Notes: a model not told the origin generated them from the letters alone. A stretch of DNA of 44,487 nt from an uncultured Planctomycetales bacterium (GCA_964638485.1 CAZWYX010000001.1:20752-65238); one strand, 5' to 3'. Counted from the first letter of the stretch, positions 8,281 through 17,385 are shown. Numbers and translations: made by a program.

Positions 8281-10494
8281 TTACTCCTCCGCGCGCTCGT
8301 AAAACCGTCGAATGGCGTCTTGATACTCCGGTGGTAGCGCCCACTCGGTCATCGGTGCAGCCGTCTGTTGTTGCGGATTGAGCGTCACGCGCTCTAAGGG
8401 CACCGTGGGTTGATTGACGATGGTCGTCGGTGCGGCGGTGTCATCGGCGAGTGGTCGCACCTCGGCCAACCGCTCGCCACTGGCGGCTGCTCGATCCCCT
8501 TTGAGCAGAAACCGAAACGGCAATGGAGCGGGGGTAGGCGCAACCGCGGTCGCGGCGCCGTAGAGATTGGGATCGCTCCCAGTCCCTGCCTGATCGGTTT
8601 CACGCGACTCAGACGGCAACTGCCCTGCCTGCGCTTGCTGGAGTTCTTGCAGCGCGCGTTCCATCTCAGCCAGCTGAGCGTCCGTGACCCCGACATCGCC
8701 GCTCCCCCCGCTGGCTTGCTGAAGACCCTGCTCACTGGGACTGGCTTGGCTCGTCGTGGCAGCAGACGGAGCGGCCATCTGCTGGCCGCCTTGTCCACCG
8801 GAGCTGTCGCCCTTGAAGAGCCGTTGCAAGAGACCCGAGAGACCCTGTCCTTGCTGCGGCGAAGACGCTCCAGCGTTCTGGGGAGCCTGCCTCGTCGCGT
8901 CAGTCGCAGCGCCGTCTGGTGATGCGCTTCCCGCGCGTGATCCCGCACGTTGCGCCGCGCCGCCTTGCTCAGCCGGCGTAGGCTGCTGCGGTGTGGCAGA
9001 GGAGGTGGCCGCGTGTTCCCTGTCATCGCCGTCGCGTGGCGTTGGTGTGGCCTGACGAGTTGAGGAGGGGGTGTCGGTCGTTCCTGGCGTGGGTGTTCCT
9101 GTCATCGTGCCTGCCTGCGATTGGCTCGGTGTCGGAACCGATGCCGCAGACGGCGCCTCAGCTGCGCCTCCTGGCCGCGTGGTGTGTTCCGTGTCAGCGG
9201 AAGTTGCTTGTGGTGTCATCGGCTGGGTGTCTCGTCGCTCTCCGCCCTCCCCGTGGGGGCGTGTGGCACCAGCCGATGCCTGATCGCGTGTGGCTGCGTC
9301 GCTCTGCTGTGATGCTGTCGCCTGCGAGCCGGTAAGCCCCTGTTGGAGTGAAGTCAGTTGCTGGGAGACCTGCGCCAGCAGTTGTGAGACTTCCTGTTGG
9401 GCTGCGGTGGCTTGCGGAGTGCCACCACCCTCACGCGACGGTGGCTGCAATCCCATGAGCTGCGCTAGTCGTTGTCCGAAACTCGAAGACGGTGGCTGTG
9501 ACGATGCCGAGGACGAGTCGGTCGTCTGCCCTGTGCCCTGTGGCTCACTCGGTGTCGCAGCACTCGCGGCCGGCTCGCCTGCCTGCCCTGAACCACTGCC
9601 CTGCGCTGCGCCACGTTGCTGTGGGGTAGCACCGCGCTGAGCAGTCCCCATCGCGCCACTCGTGCCACCCGCACCCGTTGTTGGCTGATCAGCGCCTCGA
9701 TCCTGTGGACGCGCCTGACTCGGTGAGCCGCCAGGTGAACCGCTGCTACTGCCTTGTGCGTTTTGTGCGTGCTGCGATGCGCCTTGCTGACCACGCTGCG
9801 AACTGGCCTGTGCCGTGCTTTGCCCCTGCTGTGGCTGACCTGACCCACCAGCACCAGCGGAGGACTGCGGAGACATCCCGATCCCGCCTGAGGGTGGCTG
9901 GGCGCGTTGCGACGATGGTGAGGGCGGTTGTGACGGTGGTGGCGGTGTCTGTGGCTGTGGCGGCGGGGCAGCGGCCGGCTCAGGCTCTGGCGCGCGGGCG
10001 ACGTGCGTGGGGGATGGCAGCGGTGGGAACAACAACAGCAGCGAGCACAGCGCGGCGAGGGTCACGCCTTTCGTGAGCGGCGACCATCGTCGGGTCCGCG
10101 GAAACCACTGCGCCATCGCTGCTGGCGTTAAGCGTTCTTGGAGGTCGCTCACCAACGCTTCGTACATCCGCGGCACAGGCCCGGTCGCCTGGAACCACTC
10201 GCGCGCGGTGAGCAACCGTTCTTGCAAGTGGAGTTGCCGCTCCATCGTCTCGATGGCTGCTGGCGATGAGACCCACTGCTGCACGCGACGATGCCACAGC
10301 GTCCATCCCACCGCCGTCGCCAAGAGGACCCCGCCGACCGCGAGCCACCACGAGCTCGCCCACCGATGGGCGAGGATCGAGCTCAGCACGACGACGGCAG
10401 TGAAGCCGATCAGCCCTTCGCGCGTGAGGGCGCGTGTGAGTTCGCGGTTGTAGTCGCGCCGCAGCGCTTCGATGCGTTCAGCGAGTGGATTCAT
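8281..10494 (-). CDS. two-TM anchored protein with a ~550-aa P/Q/S/T/G/A-rich low-complexity region and a short ordered C-terminal tail (possibly DUF4175-like)
   Basis: 737-aa ORF. N-terminal TMs (GFTAVVVLSSILA, WLAVGGVLLATAVGW). C-terminus PPEYQDAIRRFYERAEE. Lies directly upstream of moxR. Family assignment is from memory only. Confidence 0.55.
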   Translation of the reverse strand: MNPLAERIEALRRDYNRELTRALTREGLIGFTAVVVLSSILAHRWASSWWLAVGGVLLATAVGWTLWHRRVQQWVSSPAAIETMERQLHLQERLLTAREWFQATGPVPRMYEALVSDLQERLTPAAMAQWFPRTRRWSPLTKGVTLAALCSLLLLFPPLPSPTHVARAPEPEPAAAPPPQPQTPPPPSQPPSPSSQRAQPPSGGIGMSPQSSAGAGGSGQPQQGQSTAQASSQRGQQGASQHAQNAQGSSSGSPGGSPSQARPQDRGADQPTTGAGGTSGAMGTAQRGATPQQRGAAQGSGSGQAGEPAASAATPSEPQGTGQTTDSSSASSQPPSSSFGQRLAQLMGLQPPSREGGGTPQATAAQQEVSQLLAQVSQQLTSLQQGLTGSQATASQQSDAATRDQASAGATRPHGEGGERRDTQPMTPQATSADTEHTTRPGGAAEAPSAASVPTPSQSQAGTMTGTPTPGTTDTPSSTRQATPTPRDGDDREHAATSSATPQQPTPAEQGGAAQRAGSRAGSASPDGAATDATRQAPQNAGASSPQQGQGLSGLLQRLFKGDSSGGQGGQQMAAPSAATTSQASPSEQGLQQASGGSGDVGVTDAQLAEMERALQELQQAQAGQLPSESRETDQAGTGSDPNLYGAATAVAPTPAPLPFRFLLKGDRAAASGERLAEVRPLADDTAAPTTIVNQPTVPLERVTLNPQQQTAAPMTEWALPPEYQDAIRRFYERAEE

Positions 10495-10641
10495 GTTCGT
10501 TCAGCGTCCAGCGTCTGACGGCCACGCCGCTGCGTATCGTCTGACGTCCGACGTCTGACGCTTGACGAAACGCCTATTCGTTGCCGCTGGACGTGGAACG
10601 CTTGACGCGCATGGTTCATGGTGAGGTCTACGGTTCGCAAT
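10495..10641. repeat. heptamer-phased intergenic element (copy A) with a conserved core shared with 43551-43629
   Basis: 21 heptamers in one register, e.g. TCGTCTG ACGTCCG ACGTCTG ACGCTTG ACGAAAC and GCTGGAC GTGGAAC GCTTGAC. The core at 10565-10602 matches 43586-43622 at 33 of 38 positions. Confidence 0.85.
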
Positions 10642-10642
10642 G

Positions 10643-11044
10643 TTATGGTGTCGGCGTGAGCCGCTCTGCAAAATGGCCGGGGATGAGGCGACCGTCAATG
10701 AGTTGCTCGTCAATCCAGATGCGCTCGGTGTGCTGGGCGCTCGCCATCGTCGCTGCTGCAGGAGCCGTCGGAGCGGTGGGCCCGGTCTCTAAGCGCTGCT
10801 GGAGACTCTGGCGTTCTTTCTTTTCGCGCGCGGCTTCAATCGGTTGGGCCAGCAACGCGCCCGCGGCCGTGCCAGCGAGCGCCCCGATCGCAGCGCCTGG
10901 GGCTGAGCCTAACGCAGCGCCCGCGATGGTGCCAATGATGTAGCCCACTTCTTGAGGGTTGATCGTGGCACAGCCGCCCAGCAGCAGCGCGCTGAGGATG
11001 CCAGCGACCAGTCGCGCACGAATCGTGTTACGGCTGCGGTCCAT
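10643..11044 (-). CDS. glycine-zipper lipoprotein
   Basis: Start chosen at MDRSRN (11044). Lipobox LLLGGC. Gly-zipper GTIAGAALGSAPGAAIGALAGTAAGA. The promoter predicted at 11067-11095 argues against the longer track ORF. Confidence 0.6.
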   Translation of the reverse strand: MDRSRNTIRARLVAGILSALLLGGCATINPQEVGYIIGTIAGAALGSAPGAAIGALAGTAAGALLAQPIEAAREKKERQSLQQRLETGPTAPTAPAAATMASAQHTERIWIDEQLIDGRLIPGHFAERLTPTP

Positions 11045-11066
11045 CAGTGTCCCCCCACCACACTTG

Positions 11067-11095
11067 AGTATATCACGCTCCCACCACTCTAACAA
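11067..11095 (-). promoter_or_regulatory. candidate sigma-70-type promoter TTGTTA-17-TGaTATACT
   Basis: Minus-strand -35 TTGTTA (11095-11090), 17-nt spacer, extended -10 TGATATACT (11075-11067), upstream of the lipoprotein ATG. Confidence 0.4.
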
Positions 11096-11158
11096 CTGCG
11101 CTGTGAATATGATACGTGAACGGTCGCGCGATGTAAATGGAAGGTTGATGTCGAGGCG

Positions 11159-11437
11159 CTAGCGATGGGCTTCGAGGCAGACGACCCCACGAGGCCCAAC
11201 GAGGGCTGCGTGGGGGCTGTGCGGAGGCAAATCAAGGCGGTCCCCTGGCTTCATGGGCACGGTCCGCCCGTCGCGTGGAAGCTCAAACTCGATACTCCCA
11301 GCGATGACGTACAACACCTTCGCATACGGATGTTCATGGACCGCGTAGGTGGCCCACGGCCCATTGGACCATTGTTCGGGGGACAGTCCTTCTTGGTGGA
11401 GCTGCTGTTTGACGGTTCGCTCGATGGTCTTCGCCAT
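11159..11437 (-). CDS. cupin-domain protein
   Basis: 92 aa with YAVHEHPYAKVLYVIAGSIEFEL...GDRLDLPPHSPH, matching the cupin two-motif pattern. Confidence 0.75.
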   Translation of the reverse strand: MAKTIERTVKQQLHQEGLSPEQWSNGPWATYAVHEHPYAKVLYVIAGSIEFELPRDGRTVPMKPGDRLDLPPHSPHAALVGPRGVVCLEAHR

Positions 11438-11443
11438 ACGTTC

Positions 11444-11686
11444 TTAGATTCTCCCCAGAGCTCCCACGAGCAACGTCGCCAGCAGAAGGAGCACGCCCCC
11501 GAGCAGGCGGGTGTTGCGGAGTTCCTGGGCGGCGTTGATCGGGCGGACGTCCCAATTGCACAGCCGCATGATCGCTTGGTAGAGACGGATGGAACGTGCC
11601 GGCGCCCAGAGGGAGAGCAACCCAATCGCTGCGGAGGCGAGCGCGATCACTCCCTCCGCCAGCTTCACATAGAGGAGCCACGACAT
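11444..11686 (-). CDS. small two-TM membrane protein
   Basis: 80 aa with two hydrophobic helices. TACACT lies 6 nt upstream of the ATG, so the mRNA may be leaderless. Confidence 0.45.
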   Translation of the reverse strand: MSWLLYVKLAEGVIALASAAIGLLSLWAPARSIRLYQAIMRLCNWDVRPINAAQELRNTRLLGGVLLLLATLLVGALGRI

Positions 11687-11866
11687 GGCACGAGTGTAGC
11701 ACGCCGAGGGGAAGAATGCTACCGACAGGCGCCTGGAGAGACGTCCACGGGCAGCGCCAGGACGTCAGCAGCCGAGCGTGTGAGCGACGATGTTTCAGCG
11801 AGGCAGGCCGACGCGGAGGCGCAGGCGCGCGCGAGCCGGCGCCGTGGCCGCCTCTTCCACCTCCAC

Positions 11867-12214
11867 TCAACTCGAGAGTTCCTCGAGCCACGCGAGGTCG
11901 TCGAGGAGGGCGTCGTCGTCGGGCAGGAGCGGCTCCTCCGGCGCAAGGACGCTCAAGAGGGCGGCTTCGTGCGCTAACGCCACCTCGCTGAGGGAGGTGG
12001 GTGGGAATGTGGGGCGCGTCACGATCGCGGTGAGAAGGAGCGCTGCTGCGCCGAGCGGCACCACCACCGGCCACCACTGCAGGCGCGGTCGTGCTGGCGT
12101 CGGAGCGGCGGTCAACCGACGACGCACCTCAGCGGTGTAGCCAACCAGCTCGTCGTCGCTGACTGGTCGAATCCGCACCCGTCTCAACAACGCTTCAAGC
12201 GATGGCGATGTCAT
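11867..12214 (-). CDS. putative single-pass anti-sigma factor
   Basis: 115 aa. ATGA overlap with the ECF sigma stop. Central TM WWPVVVPLGAAALLLTAIV and an acidic C-terminus. Called from position and topology only. Confidence 0.5.
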   Translation of the reverse strand: MTSPSLEALLRRVRIRPVSDDELVGYTAEVRRRLTAAPTPARPRLQWWPVVVPLGAAALLLTAIVTRPTFPPTSLSEVALAHEAALLSVLAPEEPLLPDDDALLDDLAWLEELSS

Positions 12215-12804
12215 GGGCTCCCTCCTTCCAACACGCCGTTGAGGTGCGCGCGCAAATGGCGCAGCGCCCTCGCGAGTTGCGCCTTCACCGTCCCTGGCGC
12301 GCAGCCGATGACAGCGGCGACCTCCTCCACGCGCATCTCCTGCAAATAATGTAACGTCACGACGGTCCGCTGCCGATGTGATAATCGCGCAATCGCGCCC
12401 TCAAGTTGCCTCGCCACCTCCGCTCCGGAGGCCACATCCCGCGACGAAGGCTCTGCGCTCGGGACGAATTCCAGCACAGGGACTGTCTCCCCTGCCGCAT
12501 CCTCTGTGTCTCGCGTCGGAAAGAACAGCCAGCGTCGTACGCGCGAACGGGCGCGCAGTACGGTCTGACATTCGTTGACGACGATGCGGTAGAGCCACGT
12601 CGTAAACTGAGCCTGCGCGCGAAACTGCGGCAGCGCGCGGTACGCCTTGACGAAGGCTTCTTGCGAGGCATCCTTCGCTTCCTCGACATTGCCGAGGAGT
12701 CCGACGGCGATGCTCATCGCTTTCGCCTGGTAGCGCTCGACCAGCTCACAGAACGCCTCCTGCGAGCCGGCCTGCGCTTGGGTGACCAGTTGGGCTTCGT
12801 CCAT
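12211..12804 (-). CDS. ECF-family RNA polymerase sigma factor
   Basis: 197 aa. Region 2 (FTTWLYRIVVNEC) and region 4 (LSHRQRTVVTLHYLQEMRVEEVAAVIGCAPGTVKAQLARA). Confidence 0.9.
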   Translation of the reverse strand: MDEAQLVTQAQAGSQEAFCELVERYQAKAMSIAVGLLGNVEEAKDASQEAFVKAYRALPQFRAQAQFTTWLYRIVVNECQTVLRARSRVRRWLFFPTRDTEDAAGETVPVLEFVPSAEPSSRDVASGAEVARQLEGAIARLSHRQRTVVTLHYLQEMRVEEVAAVIGCAPGTVKAQLARALRHLRAHLNGVLEGGSP

Positions 12805-12825
12805 GCTACTGAGTATAACACAGCC

Positions 12826-13446
12826 TCAGCGTTTCGGCCCGCCGCGCACATCACCCTGGGAGCGGTCGCTGCGATGATTCCAGCCCTGGCCATGCTCGTC
12901 GCGTCCTCGACCACGTCCCCAGTCCCGCACTCCATCGCGCTGAGGCCGCCACTCAAGGCCCTGTGGTTTTGGAAACGCCTTGGGATGCTCCTGTACACGC
13001 TGTTGGAGCGCGCGGAATTTCTCCGGATTGTGTTCCTTGAGGTACTCAAGCCGGTCGTGCAGGTGCGCGCGCTTGCGTTCCATCAGTTCCTGAAACCGCT
13101 CGGGATCGCGCTCGCGCAGCTCGCGCAGATGCGCCTGCCTGCGATCACGAATGCGGTTCTTGACGGCTTCGTACCGCTCAGGGTTGTGTTCCTTCAGATA
13201 CTCCAGCCGCTCGCGCAGATGGGTCCGTCGCTGCCGCATGAGCTCCTGAAACTGGACCGGATCTTCCTCTTGTAACTCGCGCCATTTCTGAACCTCACGC
13301 CGCTCGTAGCGACGTTCGTACTCAATGGGGATGGCGTCTTCATCGGTGACGGCCGGACGGTCCTCCCCCGCCCACCCCGGCTGAGCGATTGGCAGCACCA
13401 TCGCTGTACCTAACATCAGTATTCTCCATGTGTTGTGTGTATGCAT
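12826..13446 (-). CDS. secreted highly charged protein with two ~45-aa internal repeats and an R/G-rich tail
   Basis: Start at 13446 (AGGAGG RBS 8 nt upstream). Signal peptide WRILMLGTAMVLPIAQPGWA. Repeats: HLRERLEYLKEHNPERYEAV and HLHDRLEYLKEHNPEKFRAL. Confidence 0.6.
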   Translation of the reverse strand: MHTHNTWRILMLGTAMVLPIAQPGWAGEDRPAVTDEDAIPIEYERRYERREVQKWRELQEEDPVQFQELMRQRRTHLRERLEYLKEHNPERYEAVKNRIRDRRQAHLRELRERDPERFQELMERKRAHLHDRLEYLKEHNPEKFRALQQRVQEHPKAFPKPQGLEWRPQRDGVRDWGRGRGRDEHGQGWNHRSDRSQGDVRGGPKR

Positions 13447-13502
13447 GGTTGTCGCCTCCTGTTCACGTTCCACCTCTTAGACGCCCAAGAGGCCGGCGTG
13501 GG

Positions 13503-14612
13503 TTACGCCGCTGACTCAAGAAATCGTGTCAAGCTAAATGGCTCGAGGGAGATCGAGGCCCTTCCCGTCGTCATCAAGTCGGTCATCAATTGCGCCGTCA
13601 TCGGCGCTAAGAGAATCCCATTCCGAAAATGGCCCGTGGCCAGGTAAAAATTTTTGATCGGTGTCGCGCCAAGGAGCGGTAGACGATCAGGCGTCGCGGG
13701 ACGGAAGTTGACCAGCGCGTCGCGGTAGGAGTGCTGTTGAAGCTGCGGACACACAGCAGCGGCCGCGTGATGCAACCGCGTGCTGGCTTCCGCTGTGATC
13801 TGCCGATCGAAGCCGACGAATTCAACCGTCGTCCCCACGATGAGCCGCCCGTCGCCGCGCGGGATACAGTAGGCCTGGCTCGATTTCACCGCCCGCTTGA
13901 GGAGCGGATGCGTCAGCTGGTAGACGAGGAGTTGCCCTTTCGCCGGCTCGACCGGAATCGCAAACGGAAGCTCCGGATCAAACGCAGCCCAACTCCCTGC
14001 GGCATCTACAACGATGGAGGCCTCCCATGTCCGGCCATCGTCGCTGATGACGCCGTGGACACGTCCCCGCTGATGGCGCAACTGCTTGACCTCCACCCCT
14101 TCGATGATGGTCACCCCTCGACGACGGGCCGCCTCGGCATAGGCGCGGGTGAGTTGCGCGCTGTCCACCTGATGATCCTCGGGGAAAAACAGGCCCCACC
14201 GCACCAACGGATTGAGCGCTGGTTCCCGGCGGAGCAGCTCCTCGCGCGTCAGCCGCTGAATCTGGAGGCCTCGCTGCACTTGCCACGTCAGGCGCGTGTC
14301 GGCTTCGCGCGCATCCTCCTCGGTAAAAACGAGGAAATACAAGCCCGTGGGTTGAAAGTCAATCGGCAGCGCGGTGTCGCGTGTCAGGCGCGCCACCACG
14401 TCGGGAAAGAGCGCGCGGCTCGCGAGGCACAGATCCAGAAACGGTCCAGGGCCGTGGGCTTCGAGTTGTGGGGCGAGCAAACCAGCGGCGACGCTGGAGG
14501 CCTCTGTGCCGACCGTCCCCCGTTCCAGGAGGGTGACCCGACAGTTGGCGCGCGCGAGCGACTCCGCCACCGCACAGCCAATGATCCCGCCGCCGATGAC
14601 GAGGACGGTCAT
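13503..14612 (-). CDS. thiO: glycine oxidase ThiO (FAD-dependent, DAO family)
   Basis: 369 aa. N-terminal VLVIGGGIIGCAVA dinucleotide fold. C-terminal ATGHFRNGILLAP, which I recall as ThiO-typical. Confidence 0.8.
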   Translation of the reverse strand: MTVLVIGGGIIGCAVAESLARANCRVTLLERGTVGTEASSVAAGLLAPQLEAHGPGPFLDLCLASRALFPDVVARLTRDTALPIDFQPTGLYFLVFTEEDAREADTRLTWQVQRGLQIQRLTREELLRREPALNPLVRWGLFFPEDHQVDSAQLTRAYAEAARRRGVTIIEGVEVKQLRHQRGRVHGVISDDGRTWEASIVVDAAGSWAAFDPELPFAIPVEPAKGQLLVYQLTHPLLKRAVKSSQAYCIPRGDGRLIVGTTVEFVGFDRQITAEASTRLHHAAAAVCPQLQQHSYRDALVNFRPATPDRLPLLGATPIKNFYLATGHFRNGILLAPMTAQLMTDLMTTGRASISLEPFSLTRFLESAA

Positions 14613-14812
14613 CTCGTATCGTTACTCACCGTGGACCGAAACGCGGCGTAGGTCAGGAAACCGAAGAGCAGCACCGCCACCCAACTCAGCAGCGGGGACA
14701 CGAGTCGGCCGTTCACCAGGACCTCCCATCCGCTGACGAGCCGTAGCCCGTGCAGCAGCGTGATCAGCGCGAAGAGGACCCCGGCGGTCGTCCGAAAGGT
14801 GCGTTGCGTCAT
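14609..14812 (-). CDS. small two-TM membrane protein
   Basis: Start MTQRTF at 14812 with an AAGGAGG RBS. ATGA overlap with the thiO start. The longer track ORF has no support. Confidence 0.5.
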   Translation of the reverse strand: MTQRTFRTTAGVLFALITLLHGLRLVSGWEVLVNGRLVSPLLSWVAVLLFGFLTYAAFRSTVSNDTR

Positions 14813-14910
14813 ACGTCCTCCTTTGAGGCGCAGTGAGGCGTCTCGTTGGTGTGGTGTCGGCATCTCTGCTCTAGTATACCAAACACCCTGAGGGTGGTGG
14901 GGTTCGCTCC

Positions 14911-14940
14911 TTGCTGAGCTGCGGTCATTCTTGGTATACT
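14911..14940 (+). promoter_or_regulatory. candidate leuCD promoter TTGCTG-18-TATACT, only 8 nt from the ATG
   Basis: -35 at 14911-14916 and -10 at 14935-14940, preceded by TGG. A divergent TATACT sits on the minus strand at 14878-14873. Confidence 0.35.
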
Positions 14941-14948
14941 GAGGGGTT

Positions 14949-16352
14949 ATGGCCAAGACCCTGTTCGAGAAAATCTGGGATCGGCATGTGGTGGCGACCC
15001 TCCCTGATGGGATGGCGCTCCTCTACATTGACCGGCATCTGGTGCACGAGGTGACGAGTCCCCAGGCGTTTGAGGGGCTGCGGCTGTCCGGCCGAACAGT
15101 GCGGCGGCCAGCGCTCACGTTCGCGACGATGGATCACAACGTACCGACGGATGATCGCACCATCATTCGCGATCCAATCTCCAAGGCACAGATGGAGGCG
15201 CTCCAGAAGAACTGCGCGGAGTTTGGTATCACCTTGTATGGACTGGACAGCGACCGCCAAGGGATCGTCCACATCATCGGCCCGGAGTTGGGTCTGACGC
15301 TGCCAGGGACGACCGTCGTCTGCGGTGACTCGCATACATCTACGCATGGCGCGTTTGGGGTCCTCGCGTTTGGGATTGGGACATCGGAAGTGGAACACGT
15401 GTTAGCGACGCAGTGCCTGCTGCAGAAACGACCGCAGACATGCAAAGTCGAATTCACCGGTCGCCCTGTACCGCCGGTCAGCGCGAAAGACTTGATCTTG
15501 AAACTCATCGGCACCATCGGCACGGCGGGTGGGACGGGTTACGTCTTTGAATACTGCGGCGAGGCGATCCGCGCGCTCTCGATGGAAGCGCGCATGACGA
15601 TCTGCAACATGAGCATCGAGGCGGGTGCGCGCGCCGGCTTGATCGCGCCGGATGAGACGACGTTTCAATATCTCGCCGACGGCAAGCGGCCGTTTGCGCC
15701 ACAGGGACGGGCCTTCGAGAAGGCGGTGGCGTTCTGGAAGACGCTGCCCTCTGATGCGGACGCGACGTTTGACCGCACGATCAGGATCAACGCAACCGAT
15801 GTCGCGCCGCAAGTCACCTGGGGCACGAATCCCGGCATGGTCGTGGATGTCACCGGTCGCGTCCCTGCGCCAGATGAGGTGGCGGGTTACAGCCGGCAGG
15901 ATGTGGAGCACGCGCTCCAGTACATGGGCTTACAACCCGGCACGCGGATGACGGACATCACGATTGATGTGGTGTTCATCGGTAGTTGCACCAACGCGCG
16001 CATTGAAGACTTGCGGATCGTCGCCAACACGCTCAAAGGCCGCAAGGTGCATCCCAAGGTGCGCGTGCTCATCGTGCCTGGCTCACAATCCGTGCGTCAG
16101 CAAGCGGAGGCGGAAGGATTGGATCGCACTTTTCGCGAGGCCGGCTGCGAGTGGCGCCACGCCGGCTGCAGCATGTGCTTAGGCATGAATCCGGATCAAT
16201 TGCAGTCCGGCGAGCGGTGTGCCTCAACGTCGAATCGCAACTTCGAAGGGCGTCAAGGAAAGGGCGGGCGCACGCATTTAGTGAGTCCCGAGATGGCCGC
16301 GGCCACAGCGATCGCGGGACACTTCGTGGATATTCGGAGTTGGAAACCATGA
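14949..16352 (+). CDS. leuC: 3-isopropylmalate dehydratase large subunit
   Basis: 467 aa. Aconitase-family motifs ([39 protein letters not shown]). Confidence 0.95.
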   Translation: MAKTLFEKIWDRHVVATLPDGMALLYIDRHLVHEVTSPQAFEGLRLSGRTVRRPALTFATMDHNVPTDDRTIIRDPISKAQMEALQKNCAEFGITLYGLDSDRQGIVHIIGPELGLTLPGTTVVCGDSHTSTHGAFGVLAFGIGTSEVEHVLATQCLLQKRPQTCKVEFTGRPVPPVSAKDLILKLIGTIGTAGGTGYVFEYCGEAIRALSMEARMTICNMSIEAGARAGLIAPDETTFQYLADGKRPFAPQGRAFEKAVAFWKTLPSDADATFDRTIRINATDVAPQVTWGTNPGMVVDVTGRVPAPDEVAGYSRQDVEHALQYMGLQPGTRMTDITIDVVFIGSCTNARIEDLRIVANTLKGRKVHPKVRVLIVPGSQSVRQQAEAEGLDRTFREAGCEWRHAGCSMCLGMNPDQLQSGERCASTSNRNFEGRQGKGGRTHLVSPEMAAATAIAGHFVDIRSWKP

Positions 16353-16996
16353 CGCCGTTTACAACGCACCGCGGCCTCATCGCCACGCTCGACCGCGCCA
16401 ACGTGGATACCGACCAGATCATTCCGAAACAGTTCCTCAAACTCATCGGGCGCACCGGGTTTGGCGAACATCTGTTTCAGGACTGGCGATATCTTCCCGA
16501 TGGCAAGCCGAATCCAGACTTCGCTCTGAACGCTGAGCGGTTCAAGGGAGCGTCCATTGTGGTCACGCGGAATAATTTTGGTTGCGGATCGAGCCGCGAG
16601 CACGCGGTGTGGGCGTTGCAGCAGTACGGATTTCACGTCGTCATAGCTCCGTGGGTCATGCGTGGTGCGACGCGCGTGCCGGCGTTTGCGGACATTTTCA
16701 AAACCAACGCGAGCAAAAACGCGCTGTTGACGGTGGAATTAGCTGCAGCGGAAGTCGAGGAAATCTTTCAGATGGTCGGACGGACACCACGGTTAGCGGC
16801 GACGGTGGATTTGGATAAGCAGCGCGTGGTGCTGCATCTCGATGAAGAGCTGGCTTTTCACTTTGAGATGGATCCTGCCGTCAAGGAGCGATTGACCCGC
16901 GGCCTGGATGACATTGGCATTACCCTCAAGCACGAACAAGCGATCAGCGCGTTTGAAGCCCGCCACGATCCCCAGTTGTTCGCTACTCCTTCCTAA
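16349..16996 (+). CDS. leuD: 3-isopropylmalate dehydratase small subunit
   Basis: ATG at 16349 in an ATGA overlap with the leuC stop. [34 protein letters not shown]. Confidence 0.93.
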   Translation: MTPFTTHRGLIATLDRANVDTDQIIPKQFLKLIGRTGFGEHLFQDWRYLPDGKPNPDFALNAERFKGASIVVTRNNFGCGSSREHAVWALQQYGFHVVIAPWVMRGATRVPAFADIFKTNASKNALLTVELAAAEVEEIFQMVGRTPRLAATVDLDKQRVVLHLDEELAFHFEMDPAVKERLTRGLDDIGITLKHEQAISAFEARHDPQLFATPS

Positions 16997-17375
16997 ATTG
17001 TAACGCGGCCGAGTTGATGCAGTGCCGTTTGCCCGTCGGTGGTGGCCCGTCATCGAAGACGTGGCCGAGGTGGGCATCGCAGCGCGCGCAGAGAATTTCG
17101 GTGCGTTCCATGAACCCACGGTGATCGCGCGCGTACCGTACGTGCGCCTCAGCGATCGGCGCCCAGAAACTCGGCCAGCCGGTACCCGAATCGAACTTCG
17201 CCTCGGAGCTGTAGAGGATGACCCCGCAACACACGCACTGGTAGACACCGGGCGCATGGTGATCGTGGTACTGGCCAGTAAACGCGCGCTCGGTCCCCTG
17301 CTGTCGCGTGACCGCGTACTGTTCGGCTGTGAGTTGCTTGCGCCACTCCGCCTCGCTCTTCCGCAATTTCTCCAC
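16983..17375 (-). CDS. msrB: peptide-methionine (R)-S-oxide reductase
   Basis: GTG at 17375 after a GGGAGG RBS, giving 130 aa. Motifs CVCCG...CARCDAHLGHVFDDGP. The 3' end overlaps the leuD 3' end by 14 nt (convergent). Confidence 0.88.
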   Translation of the reverse strand: MEKLRKSEAEWRKQLTAEQYAVTRQQGTERAFTGQYHDHHAPGVYQCVCCGVILYSSEAKFDSGTGWPSFWAPIAEAHVRYARDHRGFMERTEILCARCDAHLGHVFDDGPPPTGKRHCINSAALQFRKE

Positions 17376-17385
17376 TACGCCTCCC

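Noticed and set aside
8281-10494. Whether the 737-aa low-complexity ORF is just a chance open frame in GC-rich DNA.
   Set aside because: Kept as a gene at moderate confidence. It has two clean N-terminal TM helices, ordered N- and C-terminal segments, fills the gap precisely and heads the MoxR operon. Expression evidence is still needed.
11687-11866. 180-nt GC-rich gap between the anti-sigma gene and the small membrane gene; looked for a missed gene or RNA.
   Set aside because: No convincing ORF with an RBS, no clear heptamer phasing, and only weak GC hairpins. There is not enough evidence for any call.
16151-16348. N-terminal extension of leuD in the 281-aa track ORF.
   Set aside because: This part overlaps the conserved C-terminus of leuC in another frame. 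The ATG at 16349 gives a normal LeuD N-terminus with an ATGA overlap.
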